Sequence record: OL451225.1
Origin: Escherichia phage P896
DNA: 64,000 nucleotides
Strand: one strand, 5' to 3'
A model generated the notes under the pieces. It was not told where the DNA came from. It did no database searches and saw only the letters and a program-made list of their open reading frames with translations. The position numbers were made by a program, and so were the translations under genes. Positions 54,178-63,013 of the stretch are shown piece after piece. Every line of letters starts with the position of its first letter. The stretch's first letter is position 1.

Positions 54178-54700
54178 CCTCTTTATCTTTGGCGCTCTTA
54201 TCAGACCCTGGCGCTTTAACTAAGGAGGATTCGTACTGTGTCATTTTGTCGTAGATGTCCTGGATAAATGTTTCATCAGCCAGAGCCACCATATCGTCAT
54301 CACGTGAATCGTATACGTTATGGACGAAGTAGCTATATTTCTTTGCCATTTCTTTACGTTCTTTTTTGATACGCTGAACGAAAGCATTGAAGCAAGCCAT
54401 TGTTATGTAAGCATGTGGATTATCGTATTTTGTTTCGTCGAAGTTGTGAAGACCTTTTATTGCGGCCTCAATTCCGTCCGCTATCATTTCTTGCTTCCAG
54501 GATTGGGTATATCCGGAGAAGTTGAAACGTTTGCTAAGACCTTCGGCTATAAGCATAATCGCCAGACCAATAACATCGTTCTGGCGAATAATTTTGTTCG
54601 GGTCAGTGTTCGCATTCAGCTTCTGTTTCCACTCCGAAATAGCTTTCAAAAGCTCTTTATTATTTACATAGTTATTCTTGGTTAATTTAATTTCGTTCAT
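54143..54700 (-). CDS. 55: Late-transcription sigma factor gp55
   Basis: 185 aa (T4 gp55 185 aa); [127 protein letters not shown] matches T4 gp55 as I recall it. Confidence 0.93.
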   Translation of the reverse strand: MNEIKLTKNNYVNNKELLKAISEWKQKLNANTDPNKIIRQNDVIGLAIMLIAEGLSKRFNFSGYTQSWKQEMIADGIEAAIKGLHNFDETKYDNPHAYITMACFNAFVQRIKKERKEMAKKYSYFVHNVYDSRDDDMVALADETFIQDIYDKMTQYESSLVKAPGSDKSAKDKEGDLDFLYGTSI

Positions 54701-54748
54701 ATCGCCTCACTTAGTATATGAATATTATATCATCCTTTATACAAAGCA

Positions 54749-55015
54749 TTAGCGAAGTAAACAGTAAGCCTGGAAGACCTTCTCCATAATTGCCTTAAAT
54801 TCATGGATGTCAATATAAGGGATAACCTCGGCATCACTAATGAATTCCATCAGACGGTCATGCTCGTTGCGGTATTGTCCTTCATTCAACATGCCGATAT
54901 GGGACTCCCACGAGCCATACCCTTCTACGTGTGGGAAGAATGTTATTTTCATGAATTCATCCACCCAAAACGTTCCCAGGTCCTGGATGGATATCATTGT
55001 ATGATTGATGTGCAT
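54749..55015 (-). CDS. Hypothetical protein
   Basis: 88 aa ORF in track. Confidence 0.45.
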   Translation of the reverse strand: MHINHTMISIQDLGTFWVDEFMKITFFPHVEGYGSWESHIGMLNEGQYRNEHDRLMEFISDAEVIPYIDIHEFKAIMEKVFQAYCLLR

Positions 55016-55281
55016 CAGTACACCAATTGAGCAGCTTCTAAAACATCATCAAGCTTATCAAACTGGTCAATATAATCAATCCCACCAACTTCATCTTTAG
55101 CATACAACCAATATTGGTGGAATTCATATTCAATAATAAAGTGGTCACCTTCAATCTGGAGAACCCCATCACCATTAAATTGAACTGCATAACCCGTAAA
55201 GCGGACATCATTCAGGAGTTCTTCTTTCATAGTAATCATTTCCAAGTTTTTATCGTAATTAGAGAGTTTTATTTTAATCAT
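55015..55281 (-). CDS. Hypothetical protein
   Basis: 88 aa ORF in track. Confidence 0.45.
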   Translation of the reverse strand: MIKIKLSNYDKNLEMITMKEELLNDVRFTGYAVQFNGDGVLQIEGDHFIIEYEFHQYWLYAKDEVGGIDYIDQFDKLDDVLEAAQLVY

Positions 55282-55537
55282 TTAAGTAGTCCAGGAATTC
55301 GTCTAATGTCATGCCTTCCGCCCAAGCTTCCCAAGCATCGATTTTAGTGTACTTGGTTTTAGTACACATAGGATAGATTCTGAATTCATATCCCATTGCA
55401 ATGAAATAATTTAAAGTCCTTTGTAAATAGTATCCTTGGCTAATTTTATGAGCTCGGCGAATTCCATTAGCATACGTATGTTTGTAAGATACTATCACCG
55501 CAACACCTTCAGGTAATTCAATAGCAGGACACATCAT
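55274..55537 (-). CDS. Hypothetical protein
   Basis: 87 aa ORF in track. Confidence 0.45.
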   Translation of the reverse strand: MMCPAIELPEGVAVIVSYKHTYANGIRRAHKISQGYYLQRTLNYFIAMGYEFRIYPMCTKTKYTKIDAWEAWAEGMTLDEFLDYLND

Positions 55538-55860
55538 TTCGCACCCTTAATAATTTTCAGGTCAACAAAACCTTTCTTACGCTGGGAATTCATGCGCTTG
55601 ATGGCTTTGTCAGAAACTTCTTTGTTTTCACGTGGAAGCGGCAGACCAAACGCTACTACATCAAATTCATTCAGGATATACTGGACAAGGCTTTCACGAA
55701 TACGCGCTTTACCCATTGTCTGACCTTCTGCAATAATTAGCTTCTGTACATCGCCTTCCCACTGGTCCAGAATTTCAGGGGTAACGAAACCAGATTTCAT
55801 CAGAGTGTTGACTTTAGCAAACGCGAAATTAGCGATGGTGTTAGTGATAGATGCAGTCAT
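55534..55860 (-). CDS. Hypothetical protein
   Basis: 108 aa ORF in track; first gene of a four-gene overlapping operon. Confidence 0.5.
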   Translation of the reverse strand: MTASITNTIANFAFAKVNTLMKSGFVTPEILDQWEGDVQKLIIAEGQTMGKARIRESLVQYILNEFDVVAFGLPLPRENKEVSDKAIKRMNSQRKKGFVDLKIIKGAK

Positions 55861-55902
55861 GATATATTCCTCAGTCTCATTAAATTAAAATTTTATTATC
55901 CT

Positions 55903-55924
55903 GGGGTCATTATACCATGACCCC
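55903..55924 (-). promoter_or_regulatory. Extended minus-10 promoter (TGgTATAAT) embedded in an 8 bp stem hairpin
   Basis: Minus strand: GGGGTCATGgTATAATGACCCC, about 45 nt upstream of the ATG at 55860; same ggggtca..tgacccc arms as the cassettes at 16051 and 26650. Confidence 0.5.
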
Positions 55925-55932
55925 GTTGGTTT

Positions 55933-56130
55933 TTATTGCGCTTTAGCCGCTTTCCAGCCTTCATACATCATTGCGGCTGATATTAATATCGCTCCTGAAC
56001 AACTTGAATACTTGTGATTCCAAAACCAGTTTAGAAAAACTTCGTCATCGATACCTTGAGCTATCATATTTTCAAAGAACTGACGACGAGCTTCAGCAAT
56101 TCGCTGTGATAATTTAGATTCAGGGTTCAT
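55933..56130 (-). CDS. Hypothetical protein
   Basis: 65 aa ORF in track. Confidence 0.4.
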   Translation of the reverse strand: MNPESKLSQRIAEARRQFFENMIAQGIDDEVFLNWFWNHKYSSCSGAILISAAMMYEGWKAAKAQ

Positions 56131-56262
56131 TTAAATTTTCCAGTTACCGTTTTCATCAATAAATTCAATCCAGTCATTTACTGACCACTTGGTTGTATCG
56201 CCTTTTGGAGCAGAATTTAAAGCGTATAATCCTTGTTTAAAAAGCATTCGTTTGATATTCAT
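56131..56262 (-). CDS. Small hypothetical protein (43 aa)
   Basis: Track ORF 56131..56355; likely start at ATG 56262 (MNIKRMLF..., SD GAGGA), avoiding overlap with the upstream gene. Confidence 0.35.
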   Translation of the reverse strand: MNIKRMLFKQGLYALNSAPKGDTTKWSVNDWIEFIDENGNWKI

Positions 56263-56269
56263 GTTTTCC

Positions 56270-56563
56270 TCAGCTGTAACGATAGCACTCGTTTGATTTA
56301 CGTTTTGCAACACGGTGAGAAGTATTATAATCAAAATCATCCTCAACGTATACATCTTTTTTCAACTGACGAACTTCTTTACGCAGTTGACGATTCATCT
56401 CATTCTTGACTTCTGAATCAACGCCACGCATACGCTTCCATTTGTCTGAACGGAAGATATTTTCTTCAACTTGTTCCTGACTTACACCATCAGGCGCTCG
56501 GCGACGCCCTGAATAATAAAAATCTTTTACAGACAATTCTTTGCGACGAATAGTTTTACCCAT
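56270..56563 (-). CDS. Hypothetical basic (Arg/Lys-rich) protein
   Basis: 97 aa ORF in track. Confidence 0.45.
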   Translation of the reverse strand: MGKTIRRKELSVKDFYYSGRRRAPDGVSQEQVEENIFRSDKWKRMRGVDSEVKNEMNRQLRKEVRQLKKDVYVEDDFDYNTSHRVAKRKSNECYRYS

Positions 56564-56565
56564 AG

Positions 56566-56820
56566 TTACCTCAGCAGTTTGTATCCAATAAGCTTTTTAA
56601 TGTACTGGATATCTTTGACATCCAAATCCAACTTAAGGTCTTTCAGACGGTCGACCAGGGTCAAAAAGGTTACATGTTTCCAATTCTTCACTGGGCAACA
56701 ATAAGTCTTAGGACCATTTGCAATTTCAATATTTTTATCTGTGACGGTGATAAAAATCAAACGTTCATCATCAAGATTAAGGGTGGCGACATTTTTCATT
56801 GAATGTAATTTCAGGCTCAT
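56566..56820 (-). CDS. Hypothetical protein
   Basis: 84 aa ORF in track. Confidence 0.45.
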   Translation of the reverse strand: MSLKLHSMKNVATLNLDDERLIFITVTDKNIEIANGPKTYCCPVKNWKHVTFLTLVDRLKDLKLDLDVKDIQYIKKLIGYKLLR

Positions 56821-56999
56821 AATTTAGGTCCTTTTGCAACTGTATTGAACAAGCTACGGTCACACACCATCAACGGAGCATCAGGCCATTTCAAAGGACG
56901 ATACCATACATCTTGGTCCGTCACTTTGGTTACTTGCACAGGATAGCCATTTACTGAATAATACTGGTCGGCTTTAATTTCTTTATCTTCAATAACCAT
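56817..56999 (-). CDS. Hypothetical protein (60 aa)
   Basis: Track ORF 56817..57077; likely start at ATG 56999 (MVIEDKE...), preceded by a promoter cassette and the ATCAACTACTGATGAGGA leader. Confidence 0.45.
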   Translation of the reverse strand: MVIEDKEIKADQYYSVNGYPVQVTKVTDQDVWYRPLKWPDAPLMVCDRSLFNTVAKGPKL

Positions 57000-57030
57000 T
57001 TTGTTTTCCTCATCAGTAGTTGATGGGATA

Positions 57031-57065
57031 ATGATACACCGTTCAAAGGGGCTTGTACACCCCTT
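57031..57065 (-). promoter_or_regulatory. Early promoter cassette (TGTACA in a hairpin loop / 17 bp / TATCAT) with ATCAACTACTG leader
   Basis: Minus strand: aaaaaGGGGtGTACAagCCCCtttgaacggtgTATCATtatcccATCAACTACTGATGAGGAaaacaaaATG. Confidence 0.55.
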
Positions 57066-57066
57066 T

Positions 57067-57384
57067 TTAATCTTCAATTAAGTCCTGGTCATACCCCAGG
57101 GATATCAGTTTTGTTTTAAAGGCAGGAATATTTGTCATTTTTTCATCATTGACAAAAATCACTGGGTAACGAATGTTAAGGGTAGGATATCCAGCACGCT
57201 TAGCCAAAGACACGATTAATGGCCTGTCATAAGCGATTTCAGAGCCTTGTTTGTTAAGGACTGAATAGAATGTATAAGGAAGGTTTAAGGAGCCCAGAAG
57301 GCTCCTGACGTGCATACAACCTGGGCATCGACCGACTTCTTCGGGGATACCATAGATTTCAATCTTAGTCGAGTTTTGGTCCAC
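57067..57384 (-). CDS. nrdH: Glutaredoxin-like redoxin (NrdH-like)
   Basis: 105 aa with a CPGC redox motif near the N-terminus; between 55 and nrdG as T4 nrdH is. Confidence 0.6.
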   Translation of the reverse strand: MDQNSTKIEIYGIPEEVGRCPGCMHVRSLLGSLNLPYTFYSVLNKQGSEIAYDRPLIVSLAKRAGYPTLNIRYPVIFVNDEKMTNIPAFKTKLISLGYDQDLIED

Positions 57385-57664
57385 AGGAAATCACTCCTTG
57401 GTAGTTCCAGGTTTTAATAACTTCTTCATCGCTGGCAGTTGCGTACGGGACATAAACCTGAATAAGGAAACCCGTGTCATCGAAAGAGAAATAAACCGTC
57501 GGTTTGATTCCATGAATCTCAGACAATGCATAGATGTCTTTAAGGTCTTCTTCCTTACCGACAAAGAATTCCGGGTCCAGGTCACAGTCGTGGAAGTACC
57601 ATTCATCACCGAACTTGTCCCATGCGGTCCAATTAGTAGCTACATATTCTTCAAAACGTTTCAT
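57365..57664 (-). CDS. Hypothetical protein
   Basis: 99 aa ORF in track. Confidence 0.45.
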   Translation of the reverse strand: MKRFEEYVATNWTAWDKFGDEWYFHDCDLDPEFFVGKEEDLKDIYALSEIHGIKPTVYFSFDDTGFLIQVYVPYATASDEEVIKTWNYQGVISCGPKLD

Positions 57665-57900
57665 TCTTTCACCTTCAGCATTTTTGCAATGGTACTATGA
57701 ATAGTCTGGATTCTTTTGTTGAATTCAGAGCTTTCGAGGCCAGGATTGGTGCTTAACCAACCGATAATAACAAACAGCAAACCAAACGGGATAGCCAGAA
57801 TAAGCAGACAAACGATGAACAAAACAAGCGTTATGTTTGCCAGAATATCTGCTGTAGCATTACGAAATTTATTCATATTTACCCTTAATTGATTAACCAA
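57661..57900 (-). CDS. Small membrane protein
   Basis: 79 aa; two hydrophobic segments (ILANITLVLFIVCLLILAIPFGLLFVIIGWL). Confidence 0.45.
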   Translation of the reverse strand: MVNQLRVNMNKFRNATADILANITLVLFIVCLLILAIPFGLLFVIIGWLSTNPGLESSEFNKRIQTIHSTIAKMLKVKE

Positions 57901-57990
57901 GCATTGATAAACACTAAACTATACTGCGAATAAAATTCTGGACCAAAACGAAAAATCATATCATTTATAGTATCCATAATGTAATTCAAT

Positions 57991-58461
57991 TTAATCATGT
58001 TTCCACACCCCATCGGTATTTGACCAAAGTCGCTGATTATCCGACCCTCGCCACAGTTTTTTGGTCGGAAGATTTTTCTCATACTTCCCATCAATAATAA
58101 CATCAACATATTTAAGCATTTCTAGTTGTTTAATATCTTCAAACTTATATCCTGTCCACATCCAAATGCTTTTATTGGGATAAAGATTTTTAATAGTTTG
58201 AACCACAGAGTGAATAACATCTCGGTTATCAGGATAGAGAGGGTCTCCTCCGGTTATAGTTAATCCTTCTATATAATCATTATTCAAACATTCAATTAAT
58301 TGTTCTAGTGTTTTACCAGTAAATGGAACACCATTTCTAGCATTCCATGTTGATTTATTATAACACCCTTCGCATTTATGCAAACAACCTGTAACGAAAA
58401 GAACGACCCTGCATCCAGGGCCATTCACAAAATCGCAAGGATAAAATCTATCATAATTCAT
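57991..58461 (-). CDS. nrdG: Anaerobic ribonucleotide reductase activating protein NrdG (radical SAM)
   Basis: 156 aa (T4 NrdG 156 aa); Cys cluster GCLHKCEGC. Confidence 0.9.
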   Translation of the reverse strand: MNYDRFYPCDFVNGPGCRVVLFVTGCLHKCEGCYNKSTWNARNGVPFTGKTLEQLIECLNNDYIEGLTITGGDPLYPDNRDVIHSVVQTIKNLYPNKSIWMWTGYKFEDIKQLEMLKYVDVIIDGKYEKNLPTKKLWRGSDNQRLWSNTDGVWKHD

Positions 58462-60275
58462 TGGTGTTTAACCCTATGCATGATTTCTTTATTTTTGCCG
58501 AGATTAAATCCGCGTTCGTTCGGATTTCCCAAATAACCACAAGTTCTTCTTATTGTGTTCATCTTTTTAGGGTCAGTTTCTCCACAAATAGAACAAACAA
58601 ATCCGTTTTCAGTAGGAGTCATTTCATGGGTACTTCCACATGTAAAACATTTATCTACTGGCATATTAACACCAAAATAATCTAAATGTTGTGCAGCATA
58701 ATCCCACACAGCCTCAAGACCTTTTAGGTTATTTTTCATATCAGGAAGTTCAACATAAGAAATGTGACCGCCTGTCGCAATGAAATGATACGGTGCTTCG
58801 CGAGAAATCTTTTCAAACGGAGTAATATTTTCTTCTACTGAAACATGGAAACTATTAGTGTACCAGCCTTTATCAGTAACATCTTTTACACTTCCATATT
58901 TTTCAGTATCAAGTTTACAGAAGCGATAGCACAGGTTTTCAGCAGGAGTAGAATACAAGCTAAAAGCAAAACCGGTTCTTTCGGTCCACTGCTTAAGACG
59001 AGCATTCATTTTAGTTAAAATTTCTTGCCCAATATCACGACCGACAAGAATATTCAATTCGTGAATACCAATGTATCCCAAAGACACTGAACTTCTACCG
59101 TTTTTAAATAACTCAATTATATCATCATCGGGTTTAAGACGAACCCCGAATGCACCTTCTTGGTAAAGAATAGGAGCAACAGTCGCTTTAACTCCTTTTA
59201 AGGAATTAATTCTACACATCAAAGCTTCAAAACACAAATCCATTCGCTCATTGAACAATTCAGTAAATTTCTGTTCATTGAACTGTGTTCCAATATAAGA
59301 ATCTAACGCAATACGAGGAAGATTCAGTGTTACAACGCCAAGATTATTACGCCCATCAAGAATTTCATTACCAGCCGAATCTTTCCATACGCTCAAGAAA
59401 CTACGGCAACCCATCGGAGAAACAGGAACTGAAGAACCGGTAATAGCTTTATTATTCTTAACCGAAATAATGTCAGGATACATTCTTTTGCTTGCACACT
59501 CTAAAGCAAGCTGCTTAATATCATAGTTCGGGTCGTCTTTATAAAGATTAACACCTTCTTCAACGAACATAACAAGTTTAGGGAAAATAGGAGTTATCCC
59601 ATCACGACCAAGACCTTTAATACGATTTTTCAGAATTGCTTTCTGAATCATTCGTTCGGTCCAGTCAGTTCCGGTACCAAATGTAATTGTCACAAAAGGA
59701 GTCTGACCATTTGAGCTAAAGAGAGTATTTACTTCATATTCATAAGCTTGGAATGCGTCGTATACGTCTTTTTCTGTTTTAGATTGTGCATAATTCAACG
59801 CATCAGTGATTTGCCATTTTTCCGCGTCCTCAATATGTTTCGCATAGGTACGTTTAACATAAGGAGAAAGTACTTTATCTACATTCGCAAAAGTCGTTCC
59901 GCCATATTGATGGGAAGCAACCTGTGCAGTAATTTGTGCCATAATTGCAGTAGCAACACTGATTGATTTAGGAGTTTCAATCTGTGCATTACCGAGCTTA
60001 AACCCGTTCTCAAGCATTCCTTTTAAATCTACTAAACAGCAATTAGTAAATGGAAGAGCAGGGGAATAATCAATATCATGGAAATGAATAATTCCACTTT
60101 CATGTGCTTTCATAATAAAAGACGCGACCATATTTTTGGCAATGTGTTTAGATACAATACCAGCCATAAGGTCCCGTTGAGTTGGAAAAACACGAGAATC
60201 TTTATTAGCATTCTCGTTTAAAAGGTCTTTATTAGTTTTATGAATCAATCCTTCAATTTCGTTTTCAATTGTCAT
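58458..60275 (-). CDS. nrdD: Anaerobic ribonucleoside-triphosphate reductase NrdD (glycyl radical enzyme), uninterrupted
   Basis: 605 aa continuous ORF (T4 NrdD 605 aa after intron splicing); C-terminal glycyl-radical motif RRTCGYLG and Zn-ribbon cysteines. Confidence 0.93.
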   Translation of the reverse strand: MTIENEIEGLIHKTNKDLLNENANKDSRVFPTQRDLMAGIVSKHIAKNMVASFIMKAHESGIIHFHDIDYSPALPFTNCCLVDLKGMLENGFKLGNAQIETPKSISVATAIMAQITAQVASHQYGGTTFANVDKVLSPYVKRTYAKHIEDAEKWQITDALNYAQSKTEKDVYDAFQAYEYEVNTLFSSNGQTPFVTITFGTGTDWTERMIQKAILKNRIKGLGRDGITPIFPKLVMFVEEGVNLYKDDPNYDIKQLALECASKRMYPDIISVKNNKAITGSSVPVSPMGCRSFLSVWKDSAGNEILDGRNNLGVVTLNLPRIALDSYIGTQFNEQKFTELFNERMDLCFEALMCRINSLKGVKATVAPILYQEGAFGVRLKPDDDIIELFKNGRSSVSLGYIGIHELNILVGRDIGQEILTKMNARLKQWTERTGFAFSLYSTPAENLCYRFCKLDTEKYGSVKDVTDKGWYTNSFHVSVEENITPFEKISREAPYHFIATGGHISYVELPDMKNNLKGLEAVWDYAAQHLDYFGVNMPVDKCFTCGSTHEMTPTENGFVCSICGETDPKKMNTIRRTCGYLGNPNERGFNLGKNKEIMHRVKHQ

Positions 60276-60745
60276 TTTAAACTCTTTCTAAGCTGCTTCT
60301 TAAATGAAGCCATTAATTGTGTTTTTGTGTCAGATTCATTATAATTCATACCGTTCAAAAGCATTTCCCGAATCATTTCTTCTTTCCCCAGGCGACCGAA
60401 CTCTTTGGCTTTGTCTGCCACAAAATTAGGGTGAATATTGTTTTCGGTATAATCAGATTTCAGATAGACAAGCAAACTCTCTAACCATTCCAGGTAGTCA
60501 ACATCGCGACCTTTTAGACCCGAACGGCTGAACTTATGCTTCATTTGTCCTTCTGTTCCATTGCACAGATTGCATAGTAACCCGCGAACCTTACCGGCTT
60601 TTGGTCCGTTCAATTCGTGGTCATGGTCAAGATGGTTGGCCTGAACATCAGAGTCCAAATCACGGTGGCAAATTGGACACTTACCAGCTTGTGCATCATA
60701 AAGTTTTTGTTTTTCTTCTTTGTATAATTTGCCAGTCAACAACAT
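60272..60745 (-). CDS. 49: Endonuclease VII gp49 (Holliday junction resolvase)
   Basis: 157 aa; near-identical over its full length to T4 endonuclease VII as I recall it (MLLTGKLYKEEKQK.YDAQ.GKC.IC.R.L..DVQANHLDHDHELNGPKAGKVRGLLCNLCN..EGQMKHKF.RSGLKG...DYLEWLE.LL.YLKSDYT.NNIHPNFV.DK.KEF.RLGKEEM..EML..G..YNESDTKTQL.ASFKKQLRKSLK). Confidence 0.95.
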   Translation of the reverse strand: MLLTGKLYKEEKQKLYDAQAGKCPICHRDLDSDVQANHLDHDHELNGPKAGKVRGLLCNLCNGTEGQMKHKFSRSGLKGRDVDYLEWLESLLVYLKSDYTENNIHPNFVADKAKEFGRLGKEEMIREMLLNGMNYNESDTKTQLMASFKKQLRKSLK

Positions 60746-60780
60746 AATAAACCCTTACCATTATTAGATAAGGGTATTTA

Positions 60781-60966
60781 TTATTTTTCAAATGTGCTAT
60801 AGAACGAACGATGCAACCGTTTAAATTGACGAATCATCTTTTTGGTAGGACGAGTATACAATCCTACACAGGTGGCCATAAACTGGTCAGTAGGACTTCC
60901 TTTGATAAGAAGTTTCCAGACCTTGTCACCGTTTAACTTTTCGGTATAGACTAATTTAGTTTTCAT
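60781..60966 (-). CDS. Hypothetical protein
   Basis: 61 aa ORF in track. Confidence 0.4.
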   Translation of the reverse strand: MKTKLVYTEKLNGDKVWKLLIKGSPTDQFMATCVGLYTRPTKKMIRQFKRLHRSFYSTFEK

Positions 60967-61235
60967 TAAACAATCCTAAAACAAGGATAATGGCAGTCAA
61001 CGTTACCATTATCAATTATCATATACTCAGTGATACAGGTCCATGACCCTTCAATTTCTATGGTATCAAAAAGGTATTCATCTGTTTCAACAACGTCCCA
61101 AACATTACATTCAACGTCAGGGTCAAAACGTTGTCTTAACGCATGGATAACATCACCATTTTTAAATCCTGCGTCTTGAAGCTCTTTCATAAAACCTGAT
61201 TGAGCAGCATGAATATTAACAATTTCTAAAAACAT
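60966..61235 (-). CDS. Hypothetical protein
   Basis: 89 aa ORF in track. Confidence 0.45.
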   Translation of the reverse strand: MFLEIVNIHAAQSGFMKELQDAGFKNGDVIHALRQRFDPDVECNVWDVVETDEYLFDTIEIEGSWTCITEYMIIDNGNVDCHYPCFRIV

Positions 61236-61525
61236 TAAAAGACCTCATCAGAAAAGCGGAGTTGAGCTTCAAGCCAATGAATGTAGTCAGCTGCAGCAAA
61301 AATTAAAGCAGATTCTTCATCAGGTAACTTACGGGAATCCGACAATTCGTAAAGTGAATGTTCAATCAGACGGCCTTTATGACGGCCAACTTCAATTTTG
61401 GTACTCATATCCAAACTCCATATCGATTAAATCATTGTTTGAAGGTTCATTATAATCTATTTCGGAATCGTTGTAAACCGGTTCCTCTGGCTCGACGGTT
61501 TCCCATCGAGCGGTATACCATGGTT

Positions 61526-61846
61526 TTATAGCGTAATCCATTCTCGGATAGTTTGGGTTACGACACGTTCTTGGAGCTTAACCAGTTCAACAGTCGGGAC
61601 CATATGGTCCCAGTCGGTATGATAAGAGCCGGTACGAGTTTCGTTTACAGCCACATGCACATTATGTTTTTTGCTGAAATAAATTGCCTGGCGATATTGG
61701 TATTTGCCGGTTTGTGTCCATTCGCCTAATTCAACCGGAACCAGGTAGTCCGAAAATTCAAACTCGTATGATTCAGTAAACGCATCATGGTCTTCAATGA
61801 TTTCGCTTAAAACAGCATCAACATCTAATTCATTTTCAATAGTCAT
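61526..61846 (-). CDS. Hypothetical protein
   Basis: 106 aa ORF in track. Confidence 0.45.
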   Translation of the reverse strand: MTIENELDVDAVLSEIIEDHDAFTESYEFEFSDYLVPVELGEWTQTGKYQYRQAIYFSKKHNVHVAVNETRTGSYHTDWDHMVPTVELVKLQERVVTQTIREWITL

Positions 61847-62151
61847 TGGTCACTCCAATAGCTTGATACTTCAAAATCAGGCTCGCCGTTTTCCCAGTAC
61901 CAAGGACCAACCGGATGCCAATCGCCATGCTTATCTTCTTCATATTCTTCAGATTCAAGCCCAACGTATTGCCATTGGACTTCATAAGCAGTGCCGCCGA
62001 TTACAACAGTGTTCTCACCATACGGGTGAGCCACAGCAAAGTCAATACCTTCTGCTTTAGCCAACCAAACCATATATTCGTATAGTTTATATTCCAGGTC
62101 ATCTTCGGTACCATCACCTAGAAAAATGGTTTGTTCGTTTAATTCAATCAT
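61843..62151 (-). CDS. Hypothetical acidic protein
   Basis: 102 aa ORF in track. Confidence 0.45.
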   Translation of the reverse strand: MIELNEQTIFLGDGTEDDLEYKLYEYMVWLAKAEGIDFAVAHPYGENTVVIGGTAYEVQWQYVGLESEEYEEDKHGDWHPVGPWYWENGEPDFEVSSYWSDQ

Positions 62152-62336
62152 AATTCCACCATAAATTCAAATAGCTGGTCACGTACACAAGTATCAGTCC
62201 AACCCCATTCGTTGGCTTCTTCTTTTAACCAATCCGGGAGATTTGCCAATACGGTTTCTTTACTAGGCGCGGGAGTATCAAACTCTCTCGTCAACTCTCT
62301 TGCGCAGGTTTTATAGGCCATATCAAATTCAGTCAT
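62148..62336 (-). CDS. Hypothetical protein
   Basis: 62 aa ORF in track. Confidence 0.4.
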   Translation of the reverse strand: MTEFDMAYKTCARELTREFDTPAPSKETVLANLPDWLKEEANEWGWTDTCVRDQLFEFMVEL

Positions 62337-62490
62337 TTAAAGTTCCAGAATGAAGCACCAACCAGAAATAAAGGCCAACAAATCATAGACGTCAGCCACC
62401 AACAAAAGTCACCTGAATCATCTAATTTAGCTAGGGTCTTAGCATAACCAATACCGATGATAAGATACAAAACAACCAACATTAATTCAA

Positions 62491-62754
62491 TCATTTGAAA
62501 TACGCTCGCAGTTGGTCAAAGCCACCAATATGACTTCCATCAGGGGCAAATACCTGTGGCAAGGTCAAACCAATTTGAGATTCACGACCAAGTGCCGCCA
62601 GGAGTTGAGCAATCTTCTCATCATCAAACACACCTTTTTCTGGCATAACGTTGATGAACTCGTAAGGTTGTTTTTTAACATCCAAAAAACGTTTTGCATT
62701 ATCGCAGAATACACAGCGATGAATAGATGAATCATAACCATATACTTTAAACAT
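62491..62754 (-). CDS. nrdC: Thioredoxin/glutaredoxin NrdC
   Basis: 87 aa; MFKVYGYDS.IH.CV.CDNAKR.L.VKKQP.EFIN.MPEKGVFDDEKIA.LL..LGR..QIGLT.PQVFAPDGSHIGGFDQLR.YFK matches T4 NrdC (87 aa) as I recall it. Confidence 0.92.
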   Translation of the reverse strand: MFKVYGYDSSIHRCVFCDNAKRFLDVKKQPYEFINVMPEKGVFDDEKIAQLLAALGRESQIGLTLPQVFAPDGSHIGGFDQLRAYFK

Positions 62755-62755
62755 A

Positions 62756-63013
62756 TTATTCCTTAATTCCTAATACTTGTTTGAAGGTCTCAGTATAATC
62801 GGGGTATTGACCGGTTTGTTCTTTATGTTTGACCATAATACCATAAACTTCTGAACGCATATTATTATATGAACGAGTTAAAGCAGATTTCAATACTGAA
62901 TAACTATCCGGAAGTTTACCGTGTTCTTTATAATAGGCCAGAGTTAATTCACGGACCGCCTTATCAGCAGTCTCAAGATATTCTTTACGCTTTGCCATTT
63001 TCTTCTCGCTCAA
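62756..63013 (-). CDS. Hypothetical protein (nrdC.1 position)
   Basis: 85 aa ORF in track. Confidence 0.45.
   Translation of the reverse strand: MSEKKMAKRKEYLETADKAVRELTLAYYKEHGKLPDSYSVLKSALTRSYNNMRSEVYGIMVKHKEQTGQYPDYTETFKQVLGIKE

Noticed and set aside
13625-57065. TGTACA palindromes as restriction sites or a dimeric repressor operator rather than promoter elements
   Set aside because: Their fixed 16-17 bp spacing to TATAAT-like hexamers and their position 40-60 nt upstream of gene starts fit promoters better; an additional operator role is not excluded.
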